A stretch of 34,250 nucleotides of DNA from Folioceros fuciformis. Lineage: Eukaryota. Below, one piece after another: positions 1 through 11,840 of this stretch. Location: contig JBNGIO010005257.1 of assembly GCA_049999805.1 (NCBI GenBank), positions 1-34,250 of the forward strand, written 5' to 3'. Both the position numbers and the translations under genes were made by a program. The notes under the pieces are model-generated. The model ran no database searches and was not told the DNA's origin. It worked only from the letters and a program-made list of their open reading frames with translations. Every line of letters begins with the position of its first letter. Position 1 is the first letter of the stretch.

Positions 1-1155
1 GTGTGAAGAGAGAGTGCCACCTGTCCTCCTCCCTCTCGCGCCCATCGAGCTCGCTTATCCAGACTTTCCAACAACGCCCATCCCGCCCATCCGATTTCGA
101 TCACATTACGTGCGTATTTCTTGCGATCTCCTCTAAATCTCCGCGGTCTTTTCTCTTCACCGAACATGCTTCGGTGGTCTGGAGTGAGAGTTGTTCCGCT
201 TCGGACAAAACCACCCAAATCCTTTCTAGTCCCGCACGGCACGCTTCTCGGGCCTGTGGGCTGTCACCCAACGAGGACGACAAAGCTGCGTGGTAAGATT
301 CTTTGGACTTGTGGATAACCACTAGGGAGGGAACAGTGCGCTCATCCACCCTGCATGTCCAGACCACAAGTGACGCATTTCCTGCCCTGTTCCTACTCGA
401 GGGCCGGTTATGTACTGTAATCCAACGCCAACGCAATGCAACGAGGGGTTATGAGGTGGCGCTGGGTATCGAGGACACAGACTTCCTCCACGTCGATTCC
501 ACACAGGCTGTGATGGGAAGATGCTTGCGCAGTTGCATGCCTAGGCTGGGACGGGACCATTTATTGCGTATTCAGGTCAAAAAGCTTCGAGAGTGCCAAG
601 TCTTGCTATGCTACATGTGTACAATACCGTGCACACATACAAGAAAATGTAACCTATGTACAAGTGTTTATATGTATGCAGAGGTGTGTGGACGGTCTCG
701 ATTCTCTACAACCTCGAGCCGCCTCACCAGGAATGGCGCAATGCACAAGGCAGGCAACTGTTACTCCCATAGTTAATGCGAGCGCAGCGCGCGCGTCCAA
801 GCTCAAAAGGGCAGAAACGTCTGGTACGCGCTGGAGCCCGGTTCCCACGCCCCCTCCTTGCCAAAAGCTAGAGGACAAGAGAGGGAGACAGCAGAGGTCG
901 GATATTCTAATAGTGCGCACACGACCAACGACGCAAGCTCCATCGTGAACTTTGCGCAAAGGGTGACCGCCGACGGTGGGCTGGCCCTGCCTCTGGCTCG
1001 CGACACTCGCACGCGAGAGCGTCGAAAAACCATATTGTGGGTACGTCGCGGCAGGAGGAGGATACTGGCCCAGGGCGGAGGCTGGTCGCAATTATGGCTG
1101 TGCTGCGCCATCTGCGGCCACGCAGCGGTCCGTCCCGTTCCGTCCCATTATAGGC

Positions 1156-1255
1156 NNNNNNNNNNNNNNNNNNNNNNNNNNNNNNNNNNNNNNNNNNNNN
1201 NNNNNNNNNNNNNNNNNNNNNNNNNNNNNNNNNNNNNNNNNNNNNNNNNNNNNNN
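1156..1255. other. Assembly gap (100 N)
   Basis: Run of exactly 100 N, a typical placeholder for a gap of unknown size. Confidence 0.99.
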
Positions 1256-4019
1256 AGGTCTGCCCGAATTCGCGCAGGACGCCAGACTGGATCTTGCTGC
1301 CAGGACCGCAAGAAGGGGGCACGGACAGCGCCGCGCCACCCGGGCCCTTTCCTGGGCTTGCTGGTGTTGAACGTTAAGACGTTGTGTCGGTGGTTGCAGC
1401 CGGGGCTGGCGAGGATCCTTATTCTTGCGGTTGGTTGGTGAGACTCCTGTTGCTGCTAGAGGCGGGTGTGTAGCGGTGGATGCGAGACTGTCCTCGCTCT
1501 GGCGCCAGTGTCGGTGCCTGCTCTTCTTGCACGCTGCGCCGCCAGTGTAGCTGGCCACCTTTTCTGCCCGGCCATGGCACTCGACTCTGCCCCGTTGCCA
1601 GCATGCCCGGATGGATTCTTCTTCTCTTCTGCGGTGCTTGTCGCCTAGGTCTTCTCCGGGTGTGAGCTGTCGGAAGATTGTTTGTGAGGCATTTGCTGCG
1701 GTTTGCACATTTTTTGTGCTGTGAAGCGGTGTGAGGACCAAGGTGCAGGTCACTCGTCCCGAAGCTCTCGGGCAAGACAGGTTTTACATATGGAGCTGGA
1801 TTGGTATTGCAAATCAAGATTCGAGTCTAGGCCTCCATCCAAGTGGACATCTTTGAGGCTGTATCTGGTAAGAATTTTGGCCTTTCTTCGACGAGCAAGA
1901 TGTAATATGTTATGATGTGGTTGTGGTTTGCAGTATTATTTCCACAGTCTGGCGTGAGAGGAGAGGCTGTCTTGCTTTGCGAAGTGTGGCATCTGACCAG
2001 CGGAATTCGTTTGCGGCCAGAATGAGTGGGGAGCTGCTTCTTTGAGAGCTGCCGCGGATGATTGCGGCCAGGGTCCACCTAAACTGTCGAGCCGCTCGCC
2101 TGGTTCTCCCAGTCTCCGCTCTCCTACGCTGTATTCGCGGTCTCAATCTGACAGATGCCTCAGTCCATGCTCTTCGGAGGAGCAAACAACTCCCAAGGCA
2201 CATCATTCAGGCTGCTTTGCTTGTGTCCTCCACGCCAACTGCCTAAGTTCCTTGCGTGGAGAAGCCGCTGATGCATAGCCTCCGTTTCAAGTATCTTTCA
2301 AATCGTTTCCTTTGTGAGATGAAGCCAGTTTCGTCGGAGATGGAAGTCTGCTTTCTTCCCAGAGGAAGTCGGGGTTTGCAGGGATGGTTGCTGTCACCGG
2401 TGTCATTGGCACGCATATGAAGTTTTGCTGCTCTGTCAGATTCTGTTGATCCGCGGATGCCTCATGAGTCGTGGTGATCATAAATGTCTCTCCCCGAGAT
2501 GTTGCTGGAGGGGGCGTGTCATGATGACGGTGGCGGTACACAGTGTGGACTCAGGACTTCATGTTGAAACTTGCGTTTTGGTTTCAGTATGTGTATGTCT
2601 TGTCTGTTTGCACATTGGATGAACGGTGTACAGCCAAAGCAGGTACCTTCTGTTGAGGTTAGGAGAGACTTGGTAGGTGGAAATTGCTTGAAAGATGTGA
2701 AGTGCGTTCTGTGTATGTACTTCCTCTCGGCTCTAAAGACCTCATTTTGTAGTCTCTCACCTTTGGTATTGCAATGAATGCGCTTTCAGGCAGGTGCCGT
2801 TACTTACAACCGGCACTTGCTGCAGTCGTTTCTTGCGTGTGGCCGCTGCCTGCTCGTTTGTTGGCGCATTACTGCCAGCGTCTTCTAGGTTGGAACACAG
2901 GTTTCTTCAGTTTCGGAAGCTCGGTCAATTTTTGCGAATGGTACTCTTGCCATCCATGAATTGACAGTTACACAATACATCCTTTACGTTGCGATTGCTT
3001 TTGAGTGGTAAAGCGCTCGAAGCCGTATCCTGCTTGCCGTGCCTTCAAGGGCCCAGGTATTGAAATTGACAGTCCACCATTGTGAACATCGTTTTCGTCG
3101 TTTTGTGTTGGTTGGCTTTCCATGTGATCCTGACAGCGCCACGAGCCTGTCAGTCTACGAGAGGCTGCCCGAGACTGTAAGGACAGAAGCCTCCCCGTGT
3201 GGTGTCTCTGGATTTACAAACAGTGTTCTTTCGGTAGGGGCAGGGCTCAGAGCCACAAAATCGCGTGCCCACCACGTCACGGGCAGAGCTGAAACGCCAA
3301 AGCGTGAGGGATCCCATGATGTTACGCGCCAGCGGACCGCCGTTTGTTTTGCCATATGCCATCGTGTGGCATTCTGCTTCGTCAGCGCAAAATCAAGTCT
3401 TTGAACAGTGTAATTCCTAATAAGAGAATACTTACGTATGTACATACCTACTGTGCCTAGCCTCCTAGGTAATCTTTTGTACAGGATTTTTTCATCCGAA
3501 GACGAAGAGGTTGTTGGACTGTCGGGTCACTCGCTAAATGTGAGCGCGGTGTGCTGAGCTGCCTTGTCGAGCATATTGATTCGGGATGGAATACAACTGT
3601 CCCCATCACCCTCGTCATGAAAGCACATGTCATTTCTTTGAGCCAAAAGATTTGGTAATATATTGTATATTGCCCCGTTCATACATGGATATTTTTAAAT
3701 CGGGTTGTTGACTCGAGCCCAACCTCACGGTAGCTGATTACTTAGACACATACCTAAATATTTATAGGCATTTACGCTCAACGTTGGTGTTCTGGAAGTT
3801 GGTGTCCCTCCAGGCGTTCACTTGCGACTGGAGATGGCCACGAATTTCTTGCTGACGTGCAGGCTTTTGCAAACGGACCAGGCTTGAAGACTAGGGCAGC
3901 AGGTGCATGCAGACCTGTTGCCCGCTGACGGTGAGCCTGTTTTTTGCTTCTGTAACTGCGTGGATGCAAACTGCGCGAGAGAGTTCGTAATGATCTTGAA
4001 CTCGTAAAGTGTGGCTTCG

Positions 4020-5330
4020 GAATGGTTTCACGGACTTGGGCAAAAGGGTTGTGATGACATCGTGCCCTGAGAACAGAGAATAACAGAGCATTCTAGTGTA
4101 CTGTAGTACGGGATGGACGAGGAACCCCCTCGTCTTTCCAGGGTGTGCAAGATGGAGACACCGTTGCACCCTGTAGGATGAAATTTTTGTGACTCCTGTA
4201 AGCATGTGGAAGTGTGGGCATCCTGGCATTAGAGGAAGAGCAGTACCTTGCCATGCGCAGACTAGCAAGCACGGATGCGCGCTGATGCATTTGTCGCTCC
4301 AAGTTTAGTAGATACGTAAACAGCATTTTCAGCCTGGCAGATGGATGAGTGTGACGGACTGGGCCAGAAAGATGTGGTGGCGTGGAATGTCATGATAGCA
4401 CTGTATTTCCATTAGGTCAAGGGTGAGGAGGCCCTCTGTCTGTATACTGTTGGCCAGTGGACGGCACAGCTGTATTAGATGTCGTGCCGCTTGTGGGATC
4501 CTGAAGGCATGTGCAAGTGTGGGCTCGCCAACTGTGGGAGCAAAGGACACAACGTTTTTGCACAAATTGGAGAAGAAAGACATGAAGCAAAGGTGTTTGT
4601 AGCCAGCAGTCTAGTAAGGATGTGTGGCCGCTGAGAGGATGGGCAGAGAAGGTTTGACGGGGTTGGTTGAAAATAGTTGGTGACATGGACTGCTCTACGT
4701 GCAGTGTATTCTTATAAGGGCATGGGCCAGGAATCATGTCTTCTCCACGGTTTTGTGCGAGAAGAACGAACCGGTGTAATCAGTTTATGCGCCTCCTGCA
4801 AAGTTTCGGAGACTGGGAAGCAGTTTCATGCAAAGCAGAGAACAAGGGCATGGATCTGATACGTTTGTAGCCGACATATGTCCAAAGGCTGCCATGGCAG
4901 CTCTCCGCATGTTCACAGAGTGTCTGTCGACGGACTTGGTCAAAATGATATAGTGACATGCATTGCTGCAGTTGCAGGCTAGGATATTCGCTGCAGTCCT
5001 TGGGTCAAGAAGGCCCCTTTTCTCTACAGTGCTTTTCAAGAAGAAGCCCTCTCGACATTCTCAGCTTCAAGAACAAGGGCTTGAAGTTGGCACTCTGATC
5101 TACATGCATGTGAAGTCGGGTATCGTGGTGGACGCAAAGCAGCCGTCTTATCTGTAGCCCAAAAGAGACAATTTGTCCTGGAATGTAAGCTACAGTTGCG
5201 AAAGAGAGAACAGTGGCTACGACTTGGTCCGAGAATGAGAGGAAGGCGTGGCATACAGAGCAAATCAGCATCACATTTATGGGTGTAGCTGTATGCACAC
5301 GCATGTGGAACTTCGAGGCGTATTTGTTCT
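4020..5330 (+). pseudogene. Heavily degenerate PLS-class PPR pseudogene
   Basis: PPR motif remnants in changing frames, broken by stops and indels: DGLGQKDVVAWNVMIALY (4353-4406, then a stop, then KGEEALCLY), GILKACASVG (4495-4524), AKVFVASSLVRMCGR* (about 4587-4634), VTWTALRAVYSYKGMGQES (about 4680-4735), ETGKQFHA, DGLGQNDIVTC (about 4928), GTLIYMHVKSG (about 5090), RDNLSWNV (about 5165), ITFMGV...ACG (about 5270-5310). Boundaries are approximate. Confidence 0.75.
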
Positions 5331-6176
5331 GAACGCACCCCGTCTTCCGCCCGCATAGTGTGGAAAACAAATAAACACTTATTCAAGGGCTGTCAACTGC
5401 ATGCACGAAGTCTCTGTTCGGAAACGTCTGGGACATGAAAGAGGTCGGTGCTTGCAGGGGGATTGCAAATCCCAAACATGTGTGTCAACTCTACTACCTA
5501 CGCACGCCCCCTTGATGTGCATCTGTTGTGGTCTATCTTTGCAGAGTCTGTGTTTGACAACGATCCTGCTCACGAATCAGCCCTCTCGCAGTCTCTTGGG
5601 TGTTGCGGGGAGAAAAGGATGAGTTCAGTACATATTTATATGTAAATCTGACCAGCGTTGGGATAGGGCACCGTACGCGTAGCGCAACCACTCGCTGCCG
5701 TCAAGCGAGTCCGCCTCCCTCAGCCACATCCCCTGGATCCGGCGGGTCCCAAATAATGCACCACACGAAGGCTATTGCTTTCGGCTGTTGTTGGATGACC
5801 TTCTAGCCCGGGCAGACGGTCACGCCCACCGGAAGTGGCCTGCCCGGAGCCCGAGGCAATCTATGTCCATGTCCATTTGCAGATTGGGCTCGAATTGAGA
5901 CTCGGACAGGATCGTGTCATGAGGGCCTCTGTGCGCCCTAGGCAAGGGTGTGGCGACGTTGGGATCCTCGTTCGAGAGCAAGTTTGAGCGGGAGGCAATT
6001 CAGCATCAGGTTTGTTTACAACCATGATTAGCTGCTTTGATCACCTTGCATTTCAGCAGACAGGATGGATACGTTTGTTGGGTAGGATCGGGTATTGTGG
6101 AGCTGGGATTGTTGCCCGTGGCATGATTGTGCAGTGCTGAAGCGCTTTCCAGGTGTCTGTCGGCTTCGTCTTTGCC

Positions 6177-7127
6177 ATGGGGACTTTCAGGATGCTGGAT
6201 GCTGCCAAGGTTTCTGGAGGTGTGGGGTTTGTGGATGAGTTGCGCAGCGGGGGAGGACATCTGGACAGATGCCGGGATGGTTTGTCGCAAACGGGGGTTA
6301 GGGCAGCGCAGCTCACTTGCCGACGAAACGGGGGAAGAGCTGGCATGCATTGTTCCCCGAGTCCTGGCCTTTCCGCTTCGTTGTCATTGCGAAAGCGCCG
6401 TGGTCAATGGACTCAGGGGCAAACAGACGTTGGCTCAAGGCTGCTTGGGGTGTGTTGTGTGCGAGGGAGCTCGGCGCCGGGTGCTTTGGCTTCTGAAATG
6501 TCTACCACTGTGGCTGAAGGCCCGAGAGAGAGCAGAATCGAGGAAAGGACCTCCACTGCTAACACAGTGCCAGATACCCCTCTCGTGGCCCAGTCCAAGT
6601 TGCTTAGAAAGCTCAGTGATGCCAATCTGTGCATCAGGCAACTTCGCAGGGAATTGCAAGCAAGGGATGAGACCATTGCAGATTTTAAAGCTCAGATAGT
6701 GGCACTGGAGCTTGAGCTCAAAGCCTTGGCAAGGTTATCACTCGAAGTTGCTACCGCTGCTGCGGTGCCAGGTACGCGAAAGATCAACGGCCGATATATT
6801 CAATCCCACCTTGCCGTCCGTTTGGAAGAGATCCATAATGGATTGCTTTCACAAATTCGTGAGGTGGAGGTGATTCGTGAAATAGAACTTGTGTGGATGG
6901 GCATGGCTGAATCAGTGCAAGTGATGGGATCTTTCGATGGATGGACCGAGGGGGTGGAGATGTCCCCTCTGGTGACGGGGGCCTACACGAAGTTCGTAGG
7001 GACGCTTAAGTTACCTGTAGGCAGGTACGAAATCAAGTTTTTGGTGGATGGAGAATGGCAGCTATCTCCTGAATTACTTGTCGTAGGAGAGGGTTTGGCT
7101 TGCAATAATCTTCTGGTTGTGGAATAA
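6177..7127 (+). CDS. PTST1: PROTEIN TARGETING TO STARCH 1 (coiled coil + CBM48), single coding exon, 316 aa
   Basis: ORF 6153-7127, first ATG at 6177. Coiled coil LLRKLSDAN...ELELKAL, linker RKINGRYIQSHL and C-terminal CBM48 (WMGMAESVQVMGSFDGW...GRYEIKFLVDGEWQLSPE...NNLLVVE) are colinear with Arabidopsis PTST1 as recalled. Possible 5'UTR intron 6010-6152 (CAG|GTTTGT...TTCCAG|G). Confidence 0.92.
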   Translation: MGTFRMLDAAKVSGGVGFVDELRSGGGHLDRCRDGLSQTGVRAAQLTCRRNGGRAGMHCSPSPGLSASLSLRKRRGQWTQGQTDVGSRLLGVCCVRGSSAPGALASEMSTTVAEGPRESRIEERTSTANTVPDTPLVAQSKLLRKLSDANLCIRQLRRELQARDETIADFKAQIVALELELKALARLSLEVATAAAVPGTRKINGRYIQSHLAVRLEEIHNGLLSQIREVEVIREIELVWMGMAESVQVMGSFDGWTEGVEMSPLVTGAYTKFVGTLKLPVGRYEIKFLVDGEWQLSPELLVVGEGLACNNLLVVE

Positions 7128-7430
7128 GGAATATAGGAAACTGCCGAAGTTGTCCCCCACATTCGAGGTGAGTCTGCACAGTACAGGGAAATCATGCATA
7201 AAACTGGCTTTTGAAAATTGATTATTTATTTTTAAGTTTGGATTAAATCTTCCTACATCCCTACTGTTCCCGTTGACGCGGTTGGAACTTGGCGGTAGCC
7301 CCCATTCGTTTAGGGTAGATGAGTTTCTATCTTTTCTATAATGAAGTTTCCTTCTGGTTGATTCGTTAGGGTAAGTAAAACTAGCTATACACCGACCTGT
7401 CAGGTCAGCCTCCAAGGTTCACGAGAGGTT

Positions 7431-10400
7431 TCAGCAGATAGCAATCCACGACCGGAACCGGTCCACAAAAGACTCTATAAAGCCTTCACAATTGGCGGTA
7501 TACTCTTTAACTACTACCCCATCCTTGGACTCGAATGTGTTGGCCTGCATACCGCATGGAGCTCAGAAGGTTGCACAAGATACACCCAACTTGGGCGTTT
7601 CTGCAACGACGAAGGTACCTGTAGGAAGAAAGGTCTCGGAGTCTTCCTCCCAATAACAATACTCCTGAATGCGAGCAAATAATCCGGTACCTTCGTGATC
7701 TACACAACACAACAAGACACGCAAAGCCCTTGTGATTGACCAAAACATAGTTTCTCGCCTTCCACCTTCAGTAAATGGAGATCATACCTTGTCGTACAGA
7801 GAATTTCCGCTGTTTACATCAGCAGTGGATTTGTAGACTTGTAACCGTGTCAACAGTTCCGTTATTGCCGGCACACCCACGGATTGTATCTTGTCCCGCT
7901 CGATCAGGATCAAAGCGTCATCATCTCCAAGCTTGTGGAGTTGTAGAAAGGGAGTACCTCTGTTCCCGGTAGACACCTGCTGCTTTACCAGCTCCTGTGC
8001 CGATGCTGCGAGCAGAACCTGGAGGATAGCGAACCTTGCCTGCAAAACGTCTGCTCTGTCAAAAATCCACTTCAGAACTAAAGCACAGTGCTCACCTACG
8101 ACGCACTCCGTCGAATGCTTCAGATGTTACACAGGTAAAGGGAGAAACATTATTAACGTCTAGAACCGACACCGACCTGCATGTGTGCTTGTCGCCATGT
8201 ACAAGTTTGAGGAGCGTAAAACTCAAGCGCTAACAAACCGGCTCTGATCTGCGCACCAGAGAAGGTGCTTGCAGAGCACAGTCTGGTGATGCACAAAGCG
8301 GAAAACTTCATGAGTATAATTTAAACGCACCATGATCAGCCAGGTTGTGTACATAACTTCTTCGGCGTCTGAGCCCGAATGGCCCAAGATGTTGAGAACC
8401 TGTAGTTGCGATTGTCACCAGGCCAGCTACATCCATGTTTAAGGGCTCGATCATAGCGACCCAAAGCCATCTCATCGGATCCATACCTCCAGATTGGCAG
8501 AGAAGAAAACTCCTACACACTCAGCTCTGCACTCTTCATATGAGGAGCTATTAGGGCCGAACACCGTATCCCACGTTTCTCCAGGACCATAGCACGAAAT
8601 GACTGCCTCGTCTGTGAACGGATGGATTACCTTGCAAGGTGGCGGATATACAATCAGTCACGAATGGTCAAAGACGGGATAATTTTTGTTCTGAAATCAG
8701 ACAATGTCATTGAATCCAAATCGGGCATCGACCAATTCTAGATGCATACTTACTTTCCCATGGTCATAGTTGTACGAACCATCCTGTCGCTTAGAGAAAA
8801 GCTTTCCGGAGCCATGGCCTAATAGTTCATGACAAGCAACCTGAACCAACATTGCATCTGCTTTGCGGCGTTTGAATATTTCCCTGTCCTCCTCTTTCAA
8901 AAACGGTACCTGTCAGTAGACAACTATTACTAACAGAAGTCACGCATTCAAGAGAGAAGTCTGGGGACTAGCAAAAGGACAAGCCTCAGAAAGATCGTGG
9001 CACCGTATTAGTGTCTTCAGAATCCGTGACAAGTAGCACGTTGAAGTACACAATGTTCTTGAAACCAATCGACTGCAACAATTAAAGTTATCATCCTTGG
9101 GGTTAACACCAAATAAGGACTTCGGAGCTCGAAACCTGTTGCAAGAGCTCGATTCGCTACCACCAGCACACCTGTCTGACGTCCGGATAATTTGGGATAT
9201 TCACTCCACCTGGTATACTGCCGTTGGCGAAAACTAGGAGCTGGAAGACGTCACAAGTCAAGAGATCGAAGTACATTGAGATGGCATCAGAAGGCAAAGC
9301 AGGTGGATATAGCACTCACGTTAAGGGCTAAAAATTCAGGCTTGTGCCACTTTTCATTCTCAAAGTCTTGTGGCCAGGGTAATAGCGGAAGAAAGGACTC
9401 GGCTGCGTTTGCAAGGGCTGTAAACCTTCCCGTTTGCTCCTGCATATATAAGCCGCGGGACTAGTTATCATCTTACAGCCGCCGATGCACATTGCAATCC
9501 CTCGTGCAGCTAGTGTGTCAAAGCTGCTGATCACCTCGTTCACAATGGCGACATATCCTTCAAATTCAGCCCTTAGACCAAGAGGATCACGATAAGTCTC
9601 TGTAAACCTGCAGCAAAGTCAATAGACCGATTTGATAAACTAACATACCGCATTATTCCTCCAGATGTTCCACACCAGAAGACTAGATCAGTATCATACA
9701 ATAGGTAGGTTTTAGGTGCAGTCAAAACCCCATGTTGCAATCAACGGGAGATTTTCCGTAAATCCAAAATTTCTGAGCTTCTTTATGGGCATTGATGGAG
9801 CCCGTCTCGAAGGACGTTATGAGACTGCGACAGCACGAGGAAGTTTGTATGTCAGAAACCATCAGGAGTTGTTGGCCTGGCAGGCGCACCTGTTATCCTT
9901 AAGGATGCAGTAATTACTTCAACAATTCGGCTCGCTGGTTATCGTCAGTAGCATAAAGTAAAGCCTCCTTCAGATGTAGTACCACTTCACAGAGGTCGTC
10001 CATGTGATCACCGAATACCAAATGAACGAGAAACTTACCCTGCCCACGTCAGCTTAGGGTTAAATGTCACCAGTATATTAGTTGTTTCACAAAAGCAAGC
10101 AGAAACGAGTGTCGCACAAGATCTATTTGCATCTTCAGCAAAGACAAGAACTGTTTCACACTTAAAGGATTTGGTGTGGGGATCACCTCCTGTTCAAACG
10201 TCTGCGTCGGGTGTTTTATAGATGATGCGATGAGAAGATCGTACTCCGGAAGTCCCTTATCTCCTGACGATGTGGAATGTCTTTTTGTCAAGCGAGTGTT
10301 CCATGCCTCTATCCCTTTCGTCAACATCCAGGCCTGAAGCAGCAAACAAAGCGCATGGTTTATCTGGGGACCAGGCAACGACGCACGCACTGCTCAACAG

Positions 10401-11840
10401 TAAGAGCAGAGAAGAGTAAACGGCGTCCTGTGCCTGGACAGCGTAGACTTCTTCCTCGGTGATGTCCCCCAAGTAGTACATAGTGACGCCCTTGGGTGGA
10501 AGTCCGAGCTGCCTCTCACCTAATCAGTTTCAAGCGAGAATATATTTAGCACCTGGTCCTCATCCTCTCTACAACACTGAAAGCCACGGAAGTTACGACA
10601 TGATGGCAACGTTATACGCGTGTAACCTGGTTCCAGAGAAAAAATCTTTTGCCTGGTTGACTCCCATAGATCAAGTAACCTGCGATTCCTCTCACCATCC
10701 TGTAATTACGATAGGCGAGTCAGCGTTTATGGTGAGTCCACAAGTTTCACCGTGGATCCTTCAGCCGATGCTCCAGGATTTGGCAGCTTACATCCAGTCT
10801 ACAAAGTCTGAGGATCTGGTCAAACTCGTCGTCCGGCAGCCCTGGGATAAATTTGCTGTCTCCAAAAGCGAGGTAGTTACCTGAAAAAAAGCAAGGCCGT
10901 GACAAGGTGCAAGCGTTGATAAGGCAAGCACCAAAGGCTCCTCTTGATCTGGCCAAAAAGTGGTGCTAGAACTTGCCAACTTGCTATTCAAACTGCGAAG
11001 AGGAAAAAGCCTTTCCCAGTGACAGTTCTGGATCACTGATGCCATTGATTAGCTTCATGAAGCGCTGGAAGCGTCAATTGTGGACACAACCGTGCGCACC
11101 GAACAGGCCGGAATCCATAACTTACCCATGTTGGCCAGGAAGCAGGTAGCGTACGCAATGAAGCTCTCCCAAGATTCCTCCTTAACTCCCGCCTCAAGGC
11201 ATGCAGCTTTCAGGTCTGGCGCCCTCCTCTCAGAGAAGGCCAGCAACAGCATCTTAAGTATCCGTGGGCTCTCCTGTCCAGAACATGCGACGGCACGACT
11301 GTCACAACCGAGGACATCAAATCTTTGGTCTGAAACAACTTCGCCTACATTCTGTCACTCAGAGAGCCGGGCCGTCATGCCGGGCATCCTGAGAGCAGTC
11401 ACGGAACATAAAATTCTCAGGCAGTCCACTGACTGTAGCCGCCGCTCTGCAGTCCTCCTCCTCGTCCCTGTGGATAAGCGGATCGATGGCGAGCTTACCT
11501 CGGACAGCTGAGTGGCGCAGATTCGGGAACCAGCCCACGCCGCCCTTGCCAAATGGTGCGAGTAGTACTTCTGCTGCGTCGTCCGCCTGGCCCAGTCCTC
11601 CTTGCAAGAGACGAAGCCGATGTACAGATCGCGGGGAACCACATGGTATTTCCTGACGTCGTCGAAGGGGACGTTGCGATGTCCCGAGAGCAGCAGGGAT
11701 CCCCACCCGGCGGACGGCCTCGAGTTGTCCATGGTTGACAGATTCTCCTCGAGTTCGATCTCCTGCCTCCTCCGCTTTTCCGGAGGACTGTCTCGACCGC
11801 CTACCGCCGACAACCTGGTGCCTCCGGATCCTCCCTCCAT
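7431..11840 (-). CDS. DPP3: Dipeptidyl peptidase III (peptidase M49), HEXXGH type, 19 exons, about 780 aa
   Basis: Hand-spliced exons: 11840-11499, 11273-11126, 10880-10751, 10679-10627, 10519-10434, 10333-10187, 10039-9918, 9824-9729, 9607-9535, 9439-9320, 9240-9172, 9072-9004, 8909-8754, 8630-8487, 8399-8331, 8248-8177, 8039-7788, 7699-7619, 7544-7431 (2343 nt, open frame). Motifs: NMGNYLAFGDSKF, ETYRDPLGLRAEFEG, GVNIPNY, HELLGHGSGKL (HELLGH at 8831-8814), YEECRAE (8537-8520), WRQAHMQAR. Confidence 0.95.

Noticed and set aside
1-1155. ORFs 101-436 (-), 303-776 (+) and 654-1091 (-) as a possible gene
   Set aside because: No recognisable domain, and I could not build a consistent spliced model. 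Probably UTR, promoter or intergenic sequence next to the gap.
1256-2500. Several 60-200 aa ORFs after the gap
   Set aside because: No family motifs; the lengths are expected by chance at this GC content. Could be the decayed 5' part of the PPR pseudogene, but this is unsupported.
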